A stretch of 32,000 bases of DNA, taken from assembly GCF_000217795.1 (NCBI RefSeq), contig NC_015681.1, forward strand, positions 641,244-673,243, written 5' to 3'. The notes below the pieces were generated by a model that ran no database searches, was not told where the DNA came from, and saw only the letters and a list, made by a program, of their open reading frames with translations. Position 1 is the stretch's first letter; each line of letters starts with the position of its first letter. Positions 1 through 9,190 of the stretch are shown here, in pieces. The stretch is from Thermodesulfatator indicus DSM 15286 (lineage in GTDB: Bacteria > Desulfobacterota > Thermodesulfobacteria > Thermodesulfobacteriales > Thermodesulfatatoraceae). A program made the position numbers and the translations under genes.

Positions 1-1225
1 CCTGCTTTATGTCCACCTGCCCCACAGTGTAACGTGGCCCCTCTTCAATGGGAATGGTTATATAAACCCACTCACCCTTACGTTTTATGCGGGGCTCACC
101 CACTTTAACGTCTATGTAGCCGTGATTTTGGTAAAAAGCCACGATCTTGGGCAAACTCCGATAAAGCCCCCCATAACTGTAAACACCAGGTGGAATACCT
201 CCGGTAAAAAACGTCTTTATCTTTTTTAGCCAGGAAAAATGTCCCTTTTCACTTACTTCAAGAAGTTTTTTAAGGTCATTATCAGAAAAGGCCTTATTGC
301 CTTCAAAAGTGATTTTCTTGATATAAATCTTTTTACCTTCTTTTATTTTAAAGATGACTTCTACTTCTCGAGGATTAAGTTTTTTAACCTGAGTTTGTAC
401 CTTGGTGTCATAGAACCCTTTTTCTTTGTAAAAGAGTTTTATTTTTTCTGCAGCTTCGTCTATTTTGCGAAGATTCAAAATTGAAGACGTTTTAAGCTCG
501 GTGATCTTTTGTAAATCTTTCTCTTTAATAGCCTTATTGCCTTGATAAACTATACGTTTTACTACTGGCTTTTCACGTACAATATATGTAACCACCAGGC
601 CTTCTTTCGTTTGTTCTACATCTACCTTAACGTCGTCGAAATAACCCAGTTTATAGATATTTTTTATGTCTTCTCTTATTTTTTGGGGATCAAAAATATC
701 CCCTGCTTTTAAGGAAAGTACCGGATAAATGGCATCGGCATCCATGCGTATATTGCCTTTAATTTTCACCTCAGCCACTATTTGTTGGCGAAGAAGGGTT
801 TTTTCAATGAGATTAACCGTCTTTTGCGTTAACTCTTTAAGCTCTGTTATCTTTCCTTCGGAATAAAGACGTTTGGGGTATGGACTTCCGCAATTATAGA
901 CTTTCAAATCAAGGCTTACCTGACCGGCAATATACGTAAGCGAGCCAGAAACAACTGCGGAAACAGGAAATTTCTTACAATAAAAATTAAAGTCATGCTT
1001 GGCTTCTTCAGAAAAAAGAACTTTAAAGCCTCTATTTTCTAAGGAATCTCTGAGAAGATGGTTAATCTTTAAAAGCTTTTCCTGGTAATTTTTAGGAGCA
1101 TTTATCTTCAAAGGTAAAAAAAGAAGAGTCTTTTTTTCAGCCAAAGCCTTATCAAGGCCTAGGCAACTCAAAAAAAACAAAATTGATAACAAAAATAAAG
1201 TTACTTTTTTAAAGTCCAAGGCCAT
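1..1225 (-). CDS. bamA: Outer membrane protein assembly factor BamA (Omp85 family), N-terminal part; gene continues beyond the left edge
   Basis: Absent from the supplied ORF track because it has no stop codon inside the window. Manual translation of the minus strand from the ATG (complement of 1223-1225) stays open to position 1. It begins [29 protein letters not shown] (signal-peptide-like). It then shows successive POTRA-type repeats: VAEVKIKGNIRMDADAIYPVLSLKAGDIFDPQKIREDIKNIYKLGYFDDVKVDVEQTKEGLVVTYIVREKPVVKRIVYQGNKAI ... IKKITFEGNKAFSDNDLKKLL ... FYQNHGYIDVKVGEPRIKRKGEWVYITIPIEEGPRYTVGQVDI. It overlaps the lolD 3' end by 25 nt. Confidence 0.8.
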   Translation of the reverse strand, partial: MALDFKKVTLFLLSILFFLSCLGLDKALAEKKTLLFLPLKINAPKNYQEKLLKINHLLRDSLENRGFKVLFSEEAKHDFNFYCKKFPVSAVVSGSLTYIAGQVSLDLKVYNCGSPYPKRLYSEGKITELKELTQKTVNLIEKTLLRQQIVAEVKIKGNIRMDADAIYPVLSLKAGDIFDPQKIREDIKNIYKLGYFDDVKVDVEQTKEGLVVTYIVREKPVVKRIVYQGNKAIKEKDLQKITELKTSSILNLRKIDEAAEKIKLFYKEKGFYDTKVQTQVKKLNPREVEVIFKIKEGKKIYIKKITFEGNKAFSDNDLKKLLEVSEKGHFSWLKKIKTFFTGGIPPGVYSYGGLYRSLPKIVAFYQNHGYIDVKVGEPRIKRKGEWVYITIPIEEGPRYTVGQVDIKQ

Positions 1226-1917
1226 GGTTCATCCTTTGGTAGTTCAATAATTTTTCTGTTACTCAAACCAAAAACCCGGTCCATTTTGGCTGCTAGCTCT
1301 GGATTATGGGTAACTACCACTAAGGTGGTAGCATGGGCTTGGTTAATGTACAAAAAAAGATCAACTATTCCCTGAGCCGTCTTTACATCCAGATTACCAG
1401 TAGGTTCATCAGCTAAAAGTACCGGAGGGTTTAAAACCAAGGCTCGGGCAATAGCTACTCTCTGCCTTTCCCCGCCAGAAAGTTCAGATACACGATGAGT
1501 TAGTCTATGCGAAAGACCAACCTTTTCAAGAATGGCTTCGGCAAGCTCTCGTGCTTCTTTAGTAGGCCTTCCTTCAATCAAAGCAGGGAGCATAGTGTTC
1601 TCGAGAGCATTAAACTCTGGCAATAAATGATGGAATTGGAAAACAAAACCCAGTTTTTTATTTCTAAAACGAGAAAGCTCTAGATCAGGGAGAGAAAAAA
1701 CATCAACACCGAAGTGAAGCACCTGGCCACTGTCCGGACGGTCAAGAGTTCCTATGATGTGAAGCAAAGTCGTTTTTCCCACCCCTGAAGCCCCTACAAT
1801 AGCCACTTTTTCACCAGCAAGTATTTCAAGGTCTGCACCTTTTAAAACCTCTACTCTCCCCAGACCTGAGCCGTAAACTTTGGTAAGATTTTTGGCCTCA
1901 ATAGCCAGCTTAGTCAT
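1201..1917 (-). CDS. lolD: Lipoprotein-releasing system ABC transporter ATP-binding protein (LolD-like)
   Basis: 238-aa ORF with Walker [13 protein letters not shown] signature LSGGERQR and Walker B LLADEPT. It overlaps the upstream LolC/E-type permease gene by 8 nt. Confidence 0.85.
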   Translation of the reverse strand: MTKLAIEAKNLTKVYGSGLGRVEVLKGADLEILAGEKVAIVGASGVGKTTLLHIIGTLDRPDSGQVLHFGVDVFSLPDLELSRFRNKKLGFVFQFHHLLPEFNALENTMLPALIEGRPTKEARELAEAILEKVGLSHRLTHRVSELSGGERQRVAIARALVLNPPVLLADEPTGNLDVKTAQGIVDLFLYINQAHATTLVVVTHNPELAAKMDRVFGLSNRKIIELPKDEPWPWTLKK

Positions 1918-3184
1918 AACGCAGGACCTCAGCTGGAGGAAGTTTGGCCGCCTGCCGTGCAGGATAAACCGTGGCCAAAAGGGCCAGGAAAATGGCTGAA
2001 ATGGAAATTAAAGAAATATCAAAAAAATCTACCAGTACGGGGAGCGTTTCTACAAAATATACATCTCCAGGGAGTTTAATAATAGGATAACGGTCAATGA
2101 AGAAACAGAGGGAAAGTCCCGAGAGGACTCCCAGGATAATCCCCGAAAGCCCAAGTAAAAACCCGGTTAACATAAAAATTTTAAGGATAGAACGATCAGA
2201 CGCCCCGATAGTTTTTAAAATGGCAATATCCGCTTTCTTTTCTCCAACGAGCATAATCAGGGCAGCCACAATATTAAAGGCCGCTACCACGATGATAAGG
2301 GTCAAAATGATAAACATAGCTGCTTTTTCAAGCTTGAGAGCAGAAAACAGGCTAGCATTCATAGTGCGCCAATCAATCACCCAATAAGGGAATCCAAGCT
2401 TTTTAGCTACTAATTTAGAAAATTCTCCGGCGTAAAAAGGGTCAGTTATACGGACCTCTATGTTGGAAACGCCTTTTGTATCAGCCAGGTTTTGAGCAAG
2501 TCCTAAAGGAATAAAAGCCAGAGAAGAATCAAATTCATAAAGCCCGGTTTCAAAAATACCTCCAACCGTTAAAGTTTTCATCTTGGGCAGAAACCCCACT
2601 ACCGTCGCCCGACCCTGAGGAAGAATAACAGTAACTTTGTCTCCCTTAGTTAAATCAAGGTTTTTGGCAAGACGCCAGCCTAAAATAATTACAGGTGCGT
2701 CTCCTTTAAGCTCGAGAAAACTGCCCTGCTTGAGTTTAATTTTCTTAAAAAATTTATTCGCCTCTTTTCCTGGAACCCCCCTAAGAATAACTCCAGACTG
2801 GCCTTCTCCTGCAGAAAGCATACCCTGGAGAATCACCGAGGGTAAAACATCTTCGACTTTTACCTCGCCTTTGCCTCGCAAACGGCCAAGCCAATAGAAA
2901 ATACCTTGCTTTTTAAGGCTCATGCCTTTAATCTCTTGCATAACTTGCTGGTAGTTAGTGATAGGCCCCCCCATCTTTTGAACGATAACGTGGGCGTTAA
3001 TGCCAAGAAGTTTATCACGCAACTCTTTCTGAAACCCTGACATCACCGAAATAACTACAATCAGGGCGCAAACACCTATAGCCACCCCAAGGATGGCCAT
3101 CCCCGAAATAAAGGAAGTGAACCGGTGTTTCTTACGAGAAAGCAGATACCTAAAGGCAATGTACCATTCAAAACGGCTTATCAT
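1910..3184 (-). CDS. Lipoprotein-releasing system permease, LolC/LolE family (FtsX/MacB-type)
   Basis: 424-aa ORF with the N-terminal FEWYIAFRYLLSRKK motif plus TM1, a large extracytoplasmic domain and a C-terminal FtsX-type TM bundle. It has a 4-nt overlap with the lysS stop and is paired with the LolD-like ATPase. Confidence 0.85.
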   Translation of the reverse strand: MISRFEWYIAFRYLLSRKKHRFTSFISGMAILGVAIGVCALIVVISVMSGFQKELRDKLLGINAHVIVQKMGGPITNYQQVMQEIKGMSLKKQGIFYWLGRLRGKGEVKVEDVLPSVILQGMLSAGEGQSGVILRGVPGKEANKFFKKIKLKQGSFLELKGDAPVIILGWRLAKNLDLTKGDKVTVILPQGRATVVGFLPKMKTLTVGGIFETGLYEFDSSLAFIPLGLAQNLADTKGVSNIEVRITDPFYAGEFSKLVAKKLGFPYWVIDWRTMNASLFSALKLEKAAMFIILTLIIVVAAFNIVAALIMLVGEKKADIAILKTIGASDRSILKIFMLTGFLLGLSGIILGVLSGLSLCFFIDRYPIIKLPGDVYFVETLPVLVDFFDISLISISAIFLALLATVYPARQAAKLPPAEVLRYD

Positions 3185-4674
3185 TTTTGCTCTGGCCTGA
3201 GATGAGGAAAAAGGATAACCTCCCTTATTGAGGGTGAATCAGTAAAAAGCATAACTACCCTATCAATACCAATTCCTTCTCCAGCAGCTGGGGGCATGCC
3301 ATATTCCAGAGCCCGAATAAAATCTTCGTCTATCTCTGGGTGAATCTCCGGATCATCCTTTAAGCGGCGTTTAATTTGCTCTTCAAAGCGTGCCCGTTGA
3401 TCCCGAGGGTCATTAAGTTCAGAGAAGGCGTTGGCTATCTCTCGCCCGGCAATAAATAACTCAAAGCGGTCGGCTACGCTTGGGTCTTTTTCATTACGCC
3501 TGGCAAGAGGTGAAATATCTACTGGGAAAGCAATGATAAAAGTAGGTTGAATAAGCTCAGGTTCAACCAGGGCGTCAAAGAGTTTGGCCCAAAGTTTACC
3601 CAGCACAGGCTCACGTTCATCAATCTTTATTTCTTTTTCTCGGGCAAAAGCAATAACTTTTTCGCGATCATCAAGGACTTCTTCAGGCACACCACCAATA
3701 TCTATCAAGGCCTGTTTGAAGGGAATTTTAGGCCAAGGAGGAGTAAAATCTATTTCCTGGCCCTGATAAACGATTTTTGTATCACCTTTTAACTCACGGG
3801 CTAGACCTACAAATATTTCTTCCGTGCGAGTCATCAGGTCTTCATAAGTGGCATAGGCCTCATAAAACTCTAGCATAGTAAATTCAGGATTGTGTTGAAT
3901 GGATATACCCTCATTTCGGAAATTGCGATTAAGCTCAAAGACTCTCTCAAAACCTCCCACCAAGAGGCGCTTTAAATAAAGTTCTGGGGCAATGCGGAGA
4001 TAAAGTTCTCTTTCAAGGGCGTGGTGATAGGTTTTAAAAGGTCTAGCCGTAGCTCCCCCAGGAATTGGCTGCATCATCGGGGTTTCTACTTCAAGGAACC
4101 CCTGAGAAGAAAAATAACGCCTAAAATACTCAACGATTCGGGTACGAGTACGAAAAATCTCCCTTACCCGCTCATTCATAATAAGATCCAGGTAACGGCG
4201 ACGATAGCGAAGTTCAACGTCCTGAAGACCGTGGTATTTTTCAGGCAGAGGCCTTAAGGCTTTGGTTACCAGCACTACCTCTTTGGCCAGGATAGTTAAC
4301 TCACCGGTTTTAGTTTTAAAAAGAGAGCCTTCTACCCCGATTATGTCGCCCAGGTCAAAATATTTTTTGAAAAGCTTAAATTTTTCTGCTCCTAGTTCGT
4401 CTCTCTTAATGAAAACCTGTATGCGGCCAGTCTCATCTTGAATATGGATAAACATGGCCTTACCAAAATCGCGACGAGCCATAAGACGCCCAGCCACTTT
4501 GAACGTGGCCTCAAGTTTCTCAAGCTCCTCTGGCTGGTAATCTCCAAATATTTCTTTTATTGCACCGGCTTTGTCTTCAGGCTTGAACTGGTTTGGAAAA
4601 AGGGGGACACCCTGAGACTCAAGCTCTTCGGCCTTTTCACGTCTTACTTTTAATACCTGGCTTTCCTCGCTCAC
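3181..4674 (-). CDS. lysS: Lysine--tRNA ligase, class II
   Basis: 497-aa ORF with a GTG start at 4674 preceded by GGAGG. Class II core motifs are present (PGGATARPFKTYH, NRNFRNEGIS, GEGIGIDRVVMLF), with an N-terminal OB-fold-like anticodon-binding region. Confidence 0.95.
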   Translation of the reverse strand: MSEESQVLKVRREKAEELESQGVPLFPNQFKPEDKAGAIKEIFGDYQPEELEKLEATFKVAGRLMARRDFGKAMFIHIQDETGRIQVFIKRDELGAEKFKLFKKYFDLGDIIGVEGSLFKTKTGELTILAKEVVLVTKALRPLPEKYHGLQDVELRYRRRYLDLIMNERVREIFRTRTRIVEYFRRYFSSQGFLEVETPMMQPIPGGATARPFKTYHHALERELYLRIAPELYLKRLLVGGFERVFELNRNFRNEGISIQHNPEFTMLEFYEAYATYEDLMTRTEEIFVGLARELKGDTKIVYQGQEIDFTPPWPKIPFKQALIDIGGVPEEVLDDREKVIAFAREKEIKIDEREPVLGKLWAKLFDALVEPELIQPTFIIAFPVDISPLARRNEKDPSVADRFELFIAGREIANAFSELNDPRDQRARFEEQIKRRLKDDPEIHPEIDEDFIRALEYGMPPAAGEGIGIDRVVMLFTDSPSIREVILFPHLRPEQK

Positions 4675-4743
4675 AAAAAACCTCCGTTACTCTTTGTTGA
4701 GGCGAAAGATAACGCCCTTATTAAATCTCGCAAAGGGGCAAAT

Positions 4744-6255
4744 TTAGCCAAATAGTTTTTTCTGGCGGGCCTTAGGTTTAGTTTTGGAAGACTTTTCTTT
4801 TATGGGCAGTGTTTCAAAAAAAGGGCTCACTTTTCCTGAAAGCTTGTGGCCATAAAGAAAGCGACCTGTTTTAACCTGAGTAAAGTAAAAGCTCTCCTGA
4901 GCCCGGGTTACGGCTACATAAGCTACGCGCTTTTCCTCTGCTAGGTCGTAATCTTCCAAAAGGGTAAACGGAAGAAGACCATCTTCAGCCCCAACAAGAA
5001 TTACAACCTTGAACTCAAGACCTTTGGCCTCATGAATAGTAAGAAGAGGTACCCCGTCTTTTCTTATAGAAATACTCGCAAAGGTTTTTAGCATCTCTAG
5101 ACGAAACAAAAAGCCTTCTAAAGATTGACTTTCTAGCCAGGCCTCCTTTACTGAAGAAGGACCTTCAGCCAGATATGCCTCTAACTCTTTTAAGCTCTTA
5201 ATACTTTTAGCTATATCGCTTAGGCTCTCAATAGCAGAAATTTCTTCTTTCAAGTTTTCTGAAGGCACTTGAAAAGGGATACCAAACTTAATAAAGGCCT
5301 CTTTTATCGGATTGAGTAAGGTTCGTACCCTTGATAAGATCGCTATTTCAGGAGGAGCAAGCCCTCTTTGGCTGGCCTCCATCTGGAGACCACCTAACAA
5401 TTCGCTAACTAACTTGGCCACTCCTTTGGCCTCATTAAATGGCTTGTTAAAAGAAAGCCCTAAACGATTTCCACCCTTTTGCACAGCCTCAAGAGGCTCT
5501 AAAGGGAAACCTTGAGTTTCTCTAAGAGTCTCCGCAAAGTTAAGGACCTTTTCCGGTACCCGATAGCTTTTTTTGAGAAAATATATTTGAGGGGCAAGAT
5601 AATCTACAAATTCTTTTATTACTTGGGGACAGGCCCCACGAAAACCGTATATAGCCTGGGCAGGATCACCTACCAGAAAAAATTCGGCCTTGGTAAAAGT
5701 TTTTAAAAACGAAGTAAGCTCCGGGTTAAGGTCCTGAAATTCGTCTATCAAAAGATAAACCTTTTCTTGTTGTAGATAATGCCCCGTAGCTTCTTTTAAC
5801 AAGAGAGAAAAATCGTAAAGACCATGTAATTTTAAGGCCTCTTCCCAGAGAGAACGATAATGGTTTTCGCCTTTATCTAAGGCCTTTCTAAAATCCTTGA
5901 GGGAAAGGCCCTTACGCTTAGAAAGGTCTCTCGCTAAGGCCTTTAATTCTTCTTCTGTGGCCAAACGCGGCTTAATGCCTTTTGCTTTTAAAAGATCGTA
6001 GGCAAGGGCGTGAAAGGTATCTACCTTTACTCCTTTGATACCTATTGAGGCCAGCCTTTCTTTTAATTCCTGTGTGGTTTTAATAGTAAAGGTAAGAATT
6101 AAAACTTTCTCAGGATCAATCCCTTGTTCAAGCAAATGAATGGCTTTGGCTAAAAGAACTCTAGTTTTACCGGCTCCAGGACCAGCTACAACTAAAGTAT
6201 TGCCTTTGGCCTTAACCGCTTGCTCCTGATACTGATCAAGAGAGATTGACGTCAT
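4744..6255 (-). CDS. UvrD/Rep/PcrA-family superfamily-1 DNA helicase, short form
   Basis: 503-aa ORF with Walker A AGPGAGKTR, motif II IDEFQDLN, GDPAQAIYGFRGA, TIHEAKGLEF and motif VI AVTRAQESFYF. It is clearly shorter than canonical UvrD/PcrA. Confidence 0.8.
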   Translation of the reverse strand: MTSISLDQYQEQAVKAKGNTLVVAGPGAGKTRVLLAKAIHLLEQGIDPEKVLILTFTIKTTQELKERLASIGIKGVKVDTFHALAYDLLKAKGIKPRLATEEELKALARDLSKRKGLSLKDFRKALDKGENHYRSLWEEALKLHGLYDFSLLLKEATGHYLQQEKVYLLIDEFQDLNPELTSFLKTFTKAEFFLVGDPAQAIYGFRGACPQVIKEFVDYLAPQIYFLKKSYRVPEKVLNFAETLRETQGFPLEPLEAVQKGGNRLGLSFNKPFNEAKGVAKLVSELLGGLQMEASQRGLAPPEIAILSRVRTLLNPIKEAFIKFGIPFQVPSENLKEEISAIESLSDIAKSIKSLKELEAYLAEGPSSVKEAWLESQSLEGFLFRLEMLKTFASISIRKDGVPLLTIHEAKGLEFKVVILVGAEDGLLPFTLLEDYDLAEEKRVAYVAVTRAQESFYFTQVKTGRFLYGHKLSGKVSPFFETLPIKEKSSKTKPKARQKKLFG

Positions 6256-6305
6256 AGGGGCATTTTAAACCAAGTGGAAAGGCAACGAAACAGCACCTAG
6301 GAATT

Positions 6306-7223
6306 CTAAATGGCCTGTTTCCAGGCCTCTTTTATGCTTTCTTTTACAAACAGTAGATGTTCAACAATGGTTTGATAAAGCTCTTCGTCAAGACCTAGCT
6401 TTTTGAGTAAAGGAGAAGGATCTTCTTTAGGCGCTCCGGGGAGTTCAGCAAGTTTTAATTGATGAGATATCAAATCTGCCAGTTTTATAACGGCTGGTTC
6501 GAAAAGAAACTTGCCTTTGTAAAAGGGATTATGATGAAATCTAGCCACTTTTATAAACTTTTCTGGAAGTCCCCAGCGTTGAAGGAGCCAACGCCCAATC
6601 CAAGTATGAGCCAGCCCAGCTTCAAGTTCAATGGCTAAAAGGGATTTTTCGCTATTTTCCTGAATAACAAGAATTTCTTCAAACTGATCAGGAAAAAGAT
6701 GAAGGGTCGCCAATCTTCCTATATCGTGTAAAAGCCCAAGAGTAAAAAACAAGTCTTCATCTTCGGCATCTAACGATTGGGCAATTACTCTAGCCGTAAT
6801 ACCTGTAGCAATAGAATGGATCCAAAATTCGTGTACATCGAAATTTCTTATATTTTTGAGGGTTTTGAATACGCTAAAAACACAAATGCTAAAGGCTATC
6901 TCGCTAACTTCGCGCACCCCTAAAAACATGATAGCCCTGTCAAGGGTAGTTATCTCTTTTTGAGTAGAAATGTACGCTGAATTAGCTACTGAAAGAATTT
7001 TAGCGGTAATGGCTTGGTCATACCTGATAACACCTTCAAGTTCGGCAATGTCTGGATCCCCTGAGAGAAGTTCAAGTAAACGGTAGGCAATATCTGGTAA
7101 AGTTGGGAGTTTTTTGGCTTCAATTATCTTATTTTGGGGAGTACGTAGGGGTATCATATCAATGACCTCGGCTTGAGAGGAAGCTTCTTGCTGGTTTAAA
7201 TTTTTTACCTGCATTTCTGGCAT
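6306..7223 (-). CDS. HDOD domain-containing signalling protein
   Basis: The track ORF is 6306..7247, but the ATG at 7223 (MPEMQVKNL...) lies 6 nt downstream of AAGGAGG, so I place the start there. The KKLPTLPDIAYRLLELLS ... AITAKILSVANSA ... LGLLHDIGRL pattern is typical of the HDOD domain. Confidence 0.8.
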   Translation of the reverse strand: MPEMQVKNLNQQEASSQAEVIDMIPLRTPQNKIIEAKKLPTLPDIAYRLLELLSGDPDIAELEGVIRYDQAITAKILSVANSAYISTQKEITTLDRAIMFLGVREVSEIAFSICVFSVFKTLKNIRNFDVHEFWIHSIATGITARVIAQSLDAEDEDLFFTLGLLHDIGRLATLHLFPDQFEEILVIQENSEKSLLAIELEAGLAHTWIGRWLLQRWGLPEKFIKVARFHHNPFYKGKFLFEPAVIKLADLISHQLKLAELPGAPKEDPSPLLKKLGLDEELYQTIVEHLLFVKESIKEAWKQAI

Positions 7224-7268
7224 AAAATTCCTCCTTGGTACAAACATCGGAAAAGAATTCCAAAAACT

Positions 7269-7739
7269 TTAAATTAGCCCGAGAAGTTTTTGGGATATCC
7301 AAATTTGGCTATCATCAATGATATGAATAACGCCAATACCCTTTTCAGAGAGCTTACGGCTGATAAACCGTCGGTGGCAACGCCAGGGGAATTTTTCCGC
7401 ACAAATAATAACGCTAGTGTCTCCTTCAATTAAGGCTAAAAGTCTATTTAAGCCTTCGGCAAAATCCTCAGTTTGCATATATTTTTCATAACCTTCACGC
7501 CTAAAACCACCAAGCTCTTTGCCAAGCCATACGTAATAAAAGCCTTCCTCTGCTAGTTTTTTAGAAAGAATTTCCTGATTAAAGTGGGGGAACCGCCGAC
7601 TTTTAGGGAACGACCGCACATCAATCACCTGTTTTATTTTGTACTTTTTGAGTATCCTCAAAAACTCGTCGAAACTTCTGGTAGAGGTCCCAAGGGTATA
7701 TACTACTTTTTTACTAGGTTCTTGTCTTTGCTCAGGCAT
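7269..7739 (-). CDS. DUF488 family protein
   Basis: 156-aa ORF. YTLGTSTRSFDEF ... VIDVRSFPKSRRFPHFN ... YVWLGKELGG ... VIICAEKFPWRCHRRFI matches the conserved DUF488 pattern as I know it. Confidence 0.8.
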   Translation of the reverse strand: MPEQRQEPSKKVVYTLGTSTRSFDEFLRILKKYKIKQVIDVRSFPKSRRFPHFNQEILSKKLAEEGFYYVWLGKELGGFRREGYEKYMQTEDFAEGLNRLLALIEGDTSVIICAEKFPWRCHRRFISRKLSEKGIGVIHIIDDSQIWISQKLLGLI

Positions 7740-7785
7740 GGTTTATCTTTGTAGCTGACCATAAATATTTAAAGGAGGTCAACAC

Positions 7786-8004
7786 ATGCCGATATATGAA
7801 TTTGTTTGCAAGGACTGTCGCCATATATTTGAAAGCCTTTGCTTTACTTCTCGTGACATAGAAAGTGTAAGGTGTAAACGCTGTGGCAGCAAAAACGTAA
7901 GTAAATTAGTTTCTACTTTTAGTAGTCGAGTAGGAAGTTCGTCATCTTTTGGTGGAGGTTTTAGTAGCGGAAGTTCATGTGGCGGGCTGGGAGGATTTTC
8001 CTGA
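7786..8004 (+). CDS. FmdB-family zinc-ribbon protein (CxxC...CxxC) with Gly/Ser-rich tail
   Basis: 72-aa ORF. MPIYEFVCKDCRHIFE ... VRCKRCGS is the FmdB/CxxC_CxxC_SSSS signature. AAGGAGG lies 7 nt upstream of the ATG. Confidence 0.75.
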   Translation: MPIYEFVCKDCRHIFESLCFTSRDIESVRCKRCGSKNVSKLVSTFSSRVGSSSSFGGGFSSGSSCGGLGGFS

Positions 8005-8033
8005 GCCTAGTTTAAACTGCAGGTAGCAGCAAA

Positions 8034-8642
8034 ATGCTTGAAAAAATAGTCTCCTTTATCTTGCAAACCACGTCTCAGCTTGGTTATCCAGGAATTATTT
8101 TATTGATGGCCCTTGAGTCATCATTTTTCCCTTTTCCCAGTGAAGTAATCATTCCCCCGGCCGCCTATCTAGCGGCCAAGGGGGAATTCAATATTTGGTT
8201 GGTTATTGCCTCGGGGATTCTGGGAAGTCTTTTAGGGGCTTGGTTTAACTACTTCCTGGCCATGCGCCTAGGAAGACCAGCCCTTCAGCTACTCATATTG
8301 CGTTACGGGAAATTCTTCTTTTTACCGCCAGATACACTTTTACGTATGGAAAAATTCTTTGCTGAACACGGGCACATAAGTACTTTTGTGGGGCGCCTTA
8401 TTCCTGGTGTTCGCCAGTACATAAGCCTTCCTGCAGGTCTTGGCCGCATGAATCTGGCCCTTTTTTCTTTTTACACAGGTCTTGGAGCAGGAATATGGGT
8501 ATGTATTCTTGCGGCGGCAGGTTATCTAATAGGGGCCAACGAAGCCCTTTTAAAAGAGTGGCTACACCGCAGCTCAGCCTTTTTAATTCTATTTTCCGTA
8601 ATGCTAGTAACTCTTTATGTCTATTTCAAACGCAGACGTTAA
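8034..8642 (+). CDS. DedA family inner membrane protein
   Basis: 202-aa polytopic membrane [28 protein letters not shown] and [18 protein letters not shown] are typical DedA/SNARE-associated motifs. Confidence 0.85.
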   Translation: MLEKIVSFILQTTSQLGYPGIILLMALESSFFPFPSEVIIPPAAYLAAKGEFNIWLVIASGILGSLLGAWFNYFLAMRLGRPALQLLILRYGKFFFLPPDTLLRMEKFFAEHGHISTFVGRLIPGVRQYISLPAGLGRMNLALFSFYTGLGAGIWVCILAAAGYLIGANEALLKEWLHRSSAFLILFSVMLVTLYVYFKRRR

Positions 8643-9190
8643 AGTAAGGGTTTTTGTTTAAGGCTATCTACGTCTAAAAAAGACGGTTCTTCCAAATAAA
8701 AGAGGAATCCCTTGGGCCTTTGGCCGAAAATGTGGGTAAGAATTTTTTGATAAAGGTTGACTTGTTCCTTGTGCGCCCGGCGGCGACCGCCAAGTTTGTA
8801 TTCAATGACCACTGGGCCTTCCCTGGTTATCACCAGACGGTCAATCCGGTGAAGCATACCTGTTTTATCTTGCACTTCGATTTCTTTAAAAACTTCAACT
8901 CCTTCTTCGAAATAAGGTTTCACTTCTTCAAGTAATAGGGCCTTAGTTAATATTTTTCCGAGTTGTTTTTCCGTTTCAGAAAAATCCTCCCTAAAACGAG
9001 GATCAAAAAGGGCCAAGGCCCTTTTTAGAGCCTTTTTAACAAAAGATGATACCTCTTTGCGCTGGTATCCTTTAGGCAAAGAGGGCAAAAAATAAAGGGC
9101 CTGATGGGCAATTTCACCGTAGCTTATTTCCCGACTTCGTTCTCCCAAAAGCTCAAGATCGTAGCGGCGCACCCTCAGATTAAGACGCAT
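8639..9190 (-). CDS. Stand-alone PD-(D/E)XK (RecB/AddA-type) nuclease domain protein
   Basis: 183-aa ORF with RecB-family nuclease motifs in order: [16 protein letters not shown] (Asp), VIEYKLG (ExK), QVNLYQKIL (QxxxY). It has no Cys cluster. It overlaps the helicase stop by 11 nt. Confidence 0.7.
   Translation of the reverse strand: MRLNLRVRRYDLELLGERSREISYGEIAHQALYFLPSLPKGYQRKEVSSFVKKALKRALALFDPRFREDFSETEKQLGKILTKALLLEEVKPYFEEGVEVFKEIEVQDKTGMLHRIDRLVITREGPVVIEYKLGGRRRAHKEQVNLYQKILTHIFGQRPKGFLFYLEEPSFLDVDSLKQKPLL

Noticed and set aside
239-484. 81-aa plus-strand ORF (MSLFTYFKKFFKVII...)
   Set aside because: It lies entirely antisense to the verified bamA reading frame. Its low-complexity F/K/Y-rich composition is typical of the reverse strand of a K/E-rich gene, and it has no SD.
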